From Bacteroidales bacterium (GTDB lineage: Bacteria > Bacteroidota > Bacteroidia > Bacteroidales > WCHB1-69), in contig JAISTU010000127.1 of NCBI GenBank assembly GCA_031272415.1, positions 1-33,914 on the forward strand: DNA of 33,914 nucleotides. The letters are read 5' to 3'. Position numbers and translations under genes: made by a program. Numbering within the stretch: the first letter of the stretch is position 1; every line of letters begins with the position of its first letter. A model generated the notes under the pieces. The model did not search any database. It saw only the letters and a list, made by a program, of their open reading frames with translations, and was not told the origin of the DNA. Below are positions 28,168-33,914 of this stretch, in pieces.

Positions 28168-28222
28168 GATAATACCATTTTCTGTTTAATAAATAAAAAA
28201 CAATAACGATTTTTTGCTGAAA

Positions 28223-29269
28223 TTATTGTATTTTCCACATTTCTTGGAACAATTTTTGTTTATCAACCGCTACTACACCAATTTCTTCGCACACCAAACC
28301 GCCTGCCAAATTCGCCATTGCCACCGTTTTTTCTATTGGCAAACCGATTGATAAGCCCAATGCTGCAACGCTAATAACAGTATCTCCTGCGCCGGAAACA
28401 TCCGCAATATTTCGCAAATGTGCCGCAATGTGAATTTGCTCAATACCTGTGTTTTTCTTTTGATAAACAATCATTCCATCCGCCGAAAGTGTCAGCAAAA
28501 TCATCTGATGCCCTTTCTCCTCCATAAAACGCTCAATGGCAGTCAAAAACGGCTCACTTTTATAATCCATATCGGACAATCCCAAACCTTGAGTGAGTTC
28601 TTTTAAATTGGGTTTAAAGATTGTAATATCTTGATAATGAGTGAAATTATTTTTTTTAGGGTCGGTCAAAACAGGAATTTTTTTGTCCTTGCAAAGCGTA
28701 ACAATAGAATGTATAATCTGCTTTGTAATCACTCCCTTATCATAATCCTCAAAAATAACTGCATCAATTTGTTGTGTATCAATGATTTGTGTAAATTTTG
28801 AAAGCAAATTATCAACGTCTTTTGGGGATAAATTGTCATCCATTTCATCATCTATGCGTAAAAGTTGCATTTTGTTACCAATAATGCGGTATTTTGTGGT
28901 GCAAATACGTTCTTCGCTTTTAAGAATACCGTCCAAAGTAAGCCCTTTGGCATTCATTTGTTGCTCAAAAATGGCACTTTTGGCATCTTTCCCAATAACG
29001 CTCAGCAAAATCGGCGTAGCACCTAACGACTTTATATTGAGTGCCACATTGGAAGCACCGCCTAAACAAACATAACGATTGCGAAGGTTGACAATCGGCA
29101 CCGGCGCCTCAGGTGAGATCCGACTCACGTCCCCGATAATGTAATCATCCAACATCACATCGCCGATGATGAGAATGTTTTTTTGTTCAAATTCTTTAAA
29201 AATAGCACTAATTTGCTCTTGAGATATATTTTTTTCTATATTTTTGTTTGAGTTTGACATTTGCAACAT
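28223..29269 (-). CDS. rfaE1: D-glycero-D-manno-heptose-7-phosphate kinase (stand-alone HldE domain I / HldA, PfkB family)
   Basis: IGDVMLDDY..GDVSRISPEAPVP, GGASNVA, DYDKG, KPNLKE, DVSGAGDTV. Confidence 0.9.
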   Translation of the reverse strand: MLQMSNSNKNIEKNISQEQISAIFKEFEQKNILIIGDVMLDDYIIGDVSRISPEAPVPIVNLRNRYVCLGGASNVALNIKSLGATPILLSVIGKDAKSAIFEQQMNAKGLTLDGILKSEERICTTKYRIIGNKMQLLRIDDEMDDNLSPKDVDNLLSKFTQIIDTQQIDAVIFEDYDKGVITKQIIHSIVTLCKDKKIPVLTDPKKNNFTHYQDITIFKPNLKELTQGLGLSDMDYKSEPFLTAIERFMEEKGHQMILLTLSADGMIVYQKKNTGIEQIHIAAHLRNIADVSGAGDTVISVAALGLSIGLPIEKTVAMANLAGGLVCEEIGVVAVDKQKLFQEMWKIQ

Positions 29270-29607
29270 GTTGATTCAGAGATTTTTATGGGTAATTGAT
29301 TATTTTGCCATTCCAAAATGCCACCTTTGAGGATAAGTATATTCACAAGTCCCTCATTAACAAGCATTTTGTATGCTTTGAAACTTTGTATTCCCAAAAG
29401 ACAACAGATGAACAATAGACGCTCTTTGGGCAAATTTTCTATTTGAGACTGCAGTTTATCAAATGGAATACAAATTTGTTCAGGGCAGTCAATTTTGCGG
29501 TCATTTATTTCTTCTTTGCTCCTAATGTCCAACAAAATGCCTTCCCCTTGCTGTAAAAGTTCCCACGCTTTGGCAGGCTGTATGTATATTTTATGATTAT
29601 TTTGCAT
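29236..29607 (-). CDS. Rhodanese-like domain protein
   Basis: LLDIRSKEE, CCLLGIQS, LKGGILEW. Confidence 0.85.
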   Translation of the reverse strand: MQNNHKIYIQPAKAWELLQQGEGILLDIRSKEEINDRKIDCPEQICIPFDKLQSQIENLPKERLLFICCLLGIQSFKAYKMLVNEGLVNILILKGGILEWQNNQLPIKISESTCCKCQTQTKI

Positions 29608-29639
29608 TATTTTTTTAATAAATTAAAACAACTTTTTTA

Positions 29640-29650
29640 CAAAGATACAC
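29640..29650 (-). promoter_or_regulatory. -7 promoter element for rhodanese-rfaE1-tatAC
   Basis: Reverse complement GTGTATCTTTG. Confidence 0.78.
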
Positions 29651-29766
29651 ATTTTTTTTAGTGGAGAGTTGAAAGCCCGAAATTGAAAGTTATTTTTTCA
29701 CCTTTCCCTTTGTCCCCCTTCAGGTATGTCATTGCCACTACACCATCCCTTCAATTCAAAAAGAAA

Positions 29767-29804
29767 CTCCTTTTTATCACGGTTTTATCCGTAACAAAAA
29801 GGAG
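29767..29804 (-). terminator. Probable intrinsic terminator after rny
   Basis: ctcctttttatcacgg...ccgtaacaaaaaggag hairpin about 20 nt after the stop. Confidence 0.7.
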
Positions 29805-29826
29805 CAAATTATATTATAGTATAGTC

Positions 29827-31368
29827 TTATTTTGCGTAACTTACGGCTCGTGTTTCACGAACAACAGTTATTTTGATTTGTCCGGGGTATGTCATTTCAT
29901 TTTGAATTTTTTTAGACAAGTCCAATGATAATTGATTGGTTTGTGCATCGTCTAATTTTTCTGCTCCTACAATGACACGCAATTCCCTACCTGCTTGAAT
30001 AGCATACGTTTTAACCACGCCCGGATACGAGAGTGCCAATTCTTCCAAATCTTTGAGTCGCTTTGCGTATGCTTCAACAACTTCACGTCTTGCGCCCGGT
30101 CTTGCTCCTGAAATAGCATCGCACGCCTGAACAATTGGAGAGATAAGCGTCAGCATTTCCGTTTCGTCGTGGTGAGAAGCAATGGCATTTACAATTTCAG
30201 GTTTTTCTTTGTACTTTTCTGCAATTTGACCGCCCAATTCTGCATGTGGCAAATCAGGCTCATTATCAGGTACTTTGCCGATGTCATGCAACAGCCCTGC
30301 ACGTTTGGCTAATTTAGCATTTAATCCCAATTCTGCCGACATAGTGGCACACAATAGGGCTACTTCTTTGGAATGTTGCAACAAATTTTGACCATAAGAA
30401 GACCTGTATTTCATTTTGCCTACTAAACGTACCAATTCGTGGTGCATGCCATGTATGCCCAAATCAATGGTTGTCCGTTTGCCGGTTTCGATAATATCTT
30501 GTTCAATTTGTCGCTTAATTTTTGCAACTACCTCTTCGATACGTCCGGGGTGAATGCGTCCATCGTTGACCAATTTTGCCAATGCAAGTCGCGCCACCTC
30601 CCTACGAACAGGGTCAAAACTTGACAAAGTTATCGCATCCGGCGAGTCGTCAATAATAATATCAACACCTGTCATGGACTCCAAAGTACGAATATTTCTG
30701 CCCTCACGTCCAATAATTCTTCCTTTAATCTCCTCATTATCAAGATTAAAAACTGACACTGAATTTTCATGCGTATGCTCAACGGCAGTCCTTTGAATGG
30801 TTTTGATAACAATCTTTTTTGCCTCTAAATGAGCGGCTTGTTTTGCCTCTTCTACAATATCTTTTATCAACACAGAAGCATCACTTCGGGCGTCATCCCG
30901 CAACGTTTCTATCAACTCTTTTTTTGCCTCTTCTACCGACAAACCGGCGATAGATTCCAATTGCTCTTGTTGCTGTTTTTGTGCTTTATTTAACTCTGCC
31001 TGTCGCTTTTTGACAGCGTCCAATTGCAGACTTAATGCTTGTTGTAATTGATTGACTTCGTTTTGTTTACGCTGTAATGCCTCTTGTTTTTGAGAATGAG
31101 ATTGCTCTTTTTGTTTGAGCCTGTTTTCGGCAATAGATAACTGTTTGCTTTTATCAGCCATCTGTTTTTCATGCTCGCTTTTGAGTTGCAAAAATTTCTC
31201 TTTTGCCTGCAAAATACGCTCTTTTTTTATCAATTCAGCCTCTTCTGTTGCTTCTTTGATAATGCGACTGACTTTATTTTTAGAACGAACATGCGCTATA
31301 AACCATGTAACGCCTACTCCTATGATAATCCCTGCTATAATTGCAATTACTGTTATTATATTTGTCAT
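29827..31368 (-). CDS. rny: Ribonuclease Y
   Basis: N-terminal TM, coiled coil, KH motif [15 protein letters not shown] motif [19 protein letters not shown]. Confidence 0.98.
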   Translation of the reverse strand: MTNIITVIAIIAGIIIGVGVTWFIAHVRSKNKVSRIIKEATEEAELIKKERILQAKEKFLQLKSEHEKQMADKSKQLSIAENRLKQKEQSHSQKQEALQRKQNEVNQLQQALSLQLDAVKKRQAELNKAQKQQQEQLESIAGLSVEEAKKELIETLRDDARSDASVLIKDIVEEAKQAAHLEAKKIVIKTIQRTAVEHTHENSVSVFNLDNEEIKGRIIGREGRNIRTLESMTGVDIIIDDSPDAITLSSFDPVRREVARLALAKLVNDGRIHPGRIEEVVAKIKRQIEQDIIETGKRTTIDLGIHGMHHELVRLVGKMKYRSSYGQNLLQHSKEVALLCATMSAELGLNAKLAKRAGLLHDIGKVPDNEPDLPHAELGGQIAEKYKEKPEIVNAIASHHDETEMLTLISPIVQACDAISGARPGARREVVEAYAKRLKDLEELALSYPGVVKTYAIQAGRELRVIVGAEKLDDAQTNQLSLDLSKKIQNEMTYPGQIKITVVRETRAVSYAK

Positions 31369-31473
31369 CTTTTATTTTACTATATTTAACTACTGTTTAT
31401 TTAACTACTATCCTATTTTTTTTTTTACTATATACTTCTATTTCCCATAAATTAAAGAACGTTCAAAAAAAAG

Positions 31474-31640
31474 AAATCCCGCTTGCGTCAAGTGGCTTTT
31501 AAACTCCATTCTATAGGATTGCAGCCTCCGAAACCGGTCAAGTTACCGCAGATTGCTCTGCACTTTAACGCCTCCGAGTCGACCGCACAAGTTTGTTACT
31601 GTTGAGTTTAACAAACGATATTGACGCCCTGCGGGATATT
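31474..31640 (-). ncRNA. ssrS: Probable 6S RNA (Bacteroidota type)
   Basis: ~165-nt non-coding segment between zapA and rny with complementary ends (atcccgc..gcgtcaa / ttgacgc..gcgggat); this is the usual 6S RNA position. Confidence 0.75.
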
Positions 31641-31666
31641 CCTCTATTTCATTTGCATATACAAAA

Positions 31667-31972
31667 TTATTGTTCCTTATCTTCTAAAATTTCGTTCACA
31701 ATTTGTTGAACTTTGCCTAATTTATACTTTAATTCTGTATCTACAAATTCTTGTTTTTCAATAAAATAAACCTCATTAACCGCAGAATTGAAAGCCGCAT
31801 ACCTCAATTGTTCAAGCATATCGGTAATGTGATTGTCTTCGGCTAATCTCTGTATATAGCCTTGTAATCGCGCCTCTGCTTTGCGATACAAATCTTCTTC
31901 CGATGCTTTAATCGTTACTTTTATGGGCTGCCCAGCCACATGAAAAACTACTAACTTCTTGCCTTCTGCCAT
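31667..31972 (-). CDS. zapA: Cell division protein ZapA
   Basis: 101 aa, VAGQPIKVTIKASEEDLYRKA; conserved order zapB-like, zapA, rny. Confidence 0.8.
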   Translation of the reverse strand: MAEGKKLVVFHVAGQPIKVTIKASEEDLYRKAEARLQGYIQRLAEDNHITDMLEQLRYAAFNSAVNEVYFIEKQEFVDTELKYKLGKVQQIVNEILEDKEQ

Positions 31973-31976
31973 TGCT

Positions 31977-32264
31977 TTATTCTTCTAATAATGTTATGCA
32001 CTTATCTATTTGCTGCACTAATGCGTTTATTTTGCGTTTCACATCTGCTTTAGAATTGGAGGCATCTACCGCCAAGCCCAACTTAAATTTCACTAATTCA
32101 GTGGCTTGCGATTTTACCTTCGTTTCCAAAGCAGAGATTCTATCCCGCATTTCTTTGTTTCTGCTTCTAAATTTAGCATTTTCCGCTTTCAATGCGTGGT
32201 ATTTCTCTGCCATTTGGAGTATTTTACTTTCCAGTTCAAGACTTAATATCTTTAATTCCTGCAT
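31977..32264 (-). CDS. ZapB-like coiled-coil protein
   Basis: 95-aa coiled coil ending KRKINALVQQIDKCITLL, upstream of zapA. Confidence 0.75.
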   Translation of the reverse strand: MQELKILSLELESKILQMAEKYHALKAENAKFRSRNKEMRDRISALETKVKSQATELVKFKLGLAVDASNSKADVKRKINALVQQIDKCITLLEE

Positions 32265-32300
32265 TTTATAACTTCTTTAGCGTTCAAAAATACCTTTTTA

Positions 32301-32311
32301 CAAAGATACAC
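32301..32311 (-). promoter_or_regulatory. -7 promoter element for the zapB-like/zapA/6S/rny operon
   Basis: Reverse complement GTGTATCTTTG. Confidence 0.8.
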
Positions 32312-32319
32312 TTTTTCTT

Positions 32320-32510
32320 CAATAAAAAATTAAAAATTAAAAAAAAAAAATTAAAAATTGAGAATTGAGAATTAAGAATTGAGAATTATTTTTTTTGCAT
32401 TTTGGGATAAAAACGTTCTAAAAAATGTTTTTTCCCGTCGAAACCACGATTTTTTAATAAGATTTAAATATCTACACTTTACACTCTAAAAATCTACACT
32501 CTACACTCTA
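32320..32510. repeat. Heptamer tracts plus dispersed motif copy 6 (minus strand, 32389-32424)
   Basis: (aattaaa)n, (aattgag)x4, ttttttttgcattttgggataaaaacgttctaaaa, then (ctacact)-like tracts at 32471-32510. Confidence 0.75.
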
Positions 32511-32515
32511 AAATA

Positions 32516-32545
32516 AAAAGAGGGAACAACGCTGCTCCCCCTTCT
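32516..32545 (-). terminator. Probable terminator after the T9SS cargo gene
   Basis: aaaagagggaacaacgctgctcccccttct imperfect hairpin; gives a U-run on the minus strand. Confidence 0.5.
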
Positions 32546-32564
32546 AAACAAATCAAGTTTTTTT

Positions 32565-33914
32565 CTATTTTACGCTCATTTTTCTTACCAACTTCTGACC
32601 TTCAAATTCCATAGAATAGAAGTAGATGCCGGAAGAAAGACCATTGAGGTCAAAAATGATGTTGTTTGTGCCGACTATTGCATCAACGCTTTGAGTATAA
32701 ATCACTTGTCCTGCTGTGGTGTAAATGTTGAATGTCGCTTTGCCGTCATGAGGGAGTGAGTATTCAACTTTTGTGGTGTTGCCAGCAGGATTGGGGATGT
32801 TTTGAGAAAGGGTAATGCTTTCTTTACTTGTTGGCAAAACTGCATTTGGAGGCACTACCGTATCTACTGCTGTGCGTGTGATAGAGAGTGTGTCATTGAG
32901 CGGGGTGCGGTCTTGCGTTTCCAAATACACTTTGACATAATATGTGTCCGTATCAGGCACAATGTAGGCACGTGAGCAAGTGTATGTATATTCTTCCCCT
33001 TGTATTATTTGCGACACATTATCTGTCTGCGTAAAGGCAACAGTAGCCCCATAACCGACTTCTACATGCACTTTTACGTTGTTGAAATCATTGTCGGGGT
33101 CATTGTTTTGCAATTTAGCCCAAACAGTTATCGGGCGTCCGGTGGAGTCATCATCACTGCCTGACGGATTTTCAATGGATATAAGTGCAATATCGTGTAA
33201 ATCAACACATTCTGCAATGCCATGACTGTGAGCAATTTGTGCATCGCAAGATAAATATACAAACGAACTTACATTGAAATAGGCACTGTAAGGAGCGGTG
33301 TAAGTTGCACTAAATGTGTGAATTACAGAATCTCCTGCAACTAAACCCGCACTCAATGTATCCACTGCGGTGGCTATGGTATCCGAACCATCTACAACGT
33401 ACATAATTGCCACAATATCACCAAAATCCACATTTCCTGTATTGCGAATAAGAATATCTTGTGTCTGTATGGTGTTGGGGAATACGCAAGTTGTTGGTTG
33501 TGAGGGAGTTGTCAAATTGAGCAAATTGGACTGTAATTCAGGCAATAAAGCAAAGGAAGTCGAAATACTGTCATTGTTTGCCTCATCATCAATTGATGTT
33601 GCCATAAATGCCTCAATATTGTAAGTCCCTGCAACAAAATTATGACCGCTAAATACCTCAATTGTATCAGAAGCATAGCCCGCTAATGAGCCGATAAGAG
33701 GTATATTGAAAGCCTGTGTCCATGTGCCACTTACATTGACCTGCAATGAAGTCGGATATTTGCTGTAATCTATTGCCTGTGCTGTTTGATTGGTCAGCAC
33801 TATGCTCAAATTTTTATTATCCATATCACAAACGCTCATTGTGTCAAGCAACATGGCAGTAATTGCCACATCTTGACTGGCTACAATTCGCACTCTATCA
33901 ATGTATTGAGCAAC
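32565..33914 (-). CDS. Large secreted protein, C-terminal part: repeated Ig/CARDB-like modules and T9SS type A sorting domain
   Basis: Frame stays open to the window edge (VAQYIDRVRIVAS...); C-terminal LSQNIPNPA...LSSGIYFYSMEFEGQKLVRKMSVK. Confidence 0.9.
   Translation of the reverse strand, partial: VAQYIDRVRIVASQDVAITAMLLDTMSVCDMDNKNLSIVLTNQTAQAIDYSKYPTSLQVNVSGTWTQAFNIPLIGSLAGYASDTIEVFSGHNFVAGTYNIEAFMATSIDDEANNDSISTSFALLPELQSNLLNLTTPSQPTTCVFPNTIQTQDILIRNTGNVDFGDIVAIMYVVDGSDTIATAVDTLSAGLVAGDSVIHTFSATYTAPYSAYFNVSSFVYLSCDAQIAHSHGIAECVDLHDIALISIENPSGSDDDSTGRPITVWAKLQNNDPDNDFNNVKVHVEVGYGATVAFTQTDNVSQIIQGEEYTYTCSRAYIVPDTDTYYVKVYLETQDRTPLNDTLSITRTAVDTVVPPNAVLPTSKESITLSQNIPNPAGNTTKVEYSLPHDGKATFNIYTTAGQVIYTQSVDAIVGTNNIIFDLNGLSSGIYFYSMEFEGQKLVRKMSVK

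Noticed and set aside
31375-31445. Short duplication tatttaactact x2 upstream of rny
   Set aside because: Only two copies in very AT-rich sequence; no support for function.
1-33914. tRNA, rRNA, transposase, integrase or prophage genes
   Set aside because: None recognised by eye or in the ORF track.

Overview
AT-rich chromosomal window from a Bacteroidota (probably Bacteroidales) bacterium, judged from TAnnTTTG promoters, T9SS C-terminal domains, long NusB and S16, and the zapB-zapA-6S-rny order. The housekeeping backbone (nusB, rpoN, tadA, ribE, rimM, rpsP, sufB, manC, tatAC, heptose kinase, rny, zapA) is interrupted by three accessory loci. (1) At the left edge, a decayed restriction-modification locus: a 44-codon remnant that looks like an internally deleted endonuclease, an atypical PD-(D/E)XK-like gene and a DPPY methyltransferase. 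(2) After a lone sufB, a PUR-domain/RecQ helicase, a PRTase separated from it by a one-base slip in an A7 run, and DprA: a ShosTA/DprA-PRTase-like defence candidate. (3) The most unusual structure: an ATPase-wHTH-PD-(D/E)XK gene (25551-26972) bracketed tightly by a 52-bp palindrome (19-bp arms, 14-bp spacer), followed by two more palindromes separated by ~160-bp degenerate copies of the gene's own 3' end. Most longer intergenic gaps also contain recurring non-coding modules: 7-nt-period tracts, a ~35-bp dispersed motif and GTAG-type REP-like hairpins. All calls come from reading motifs by eye; no searches were run.
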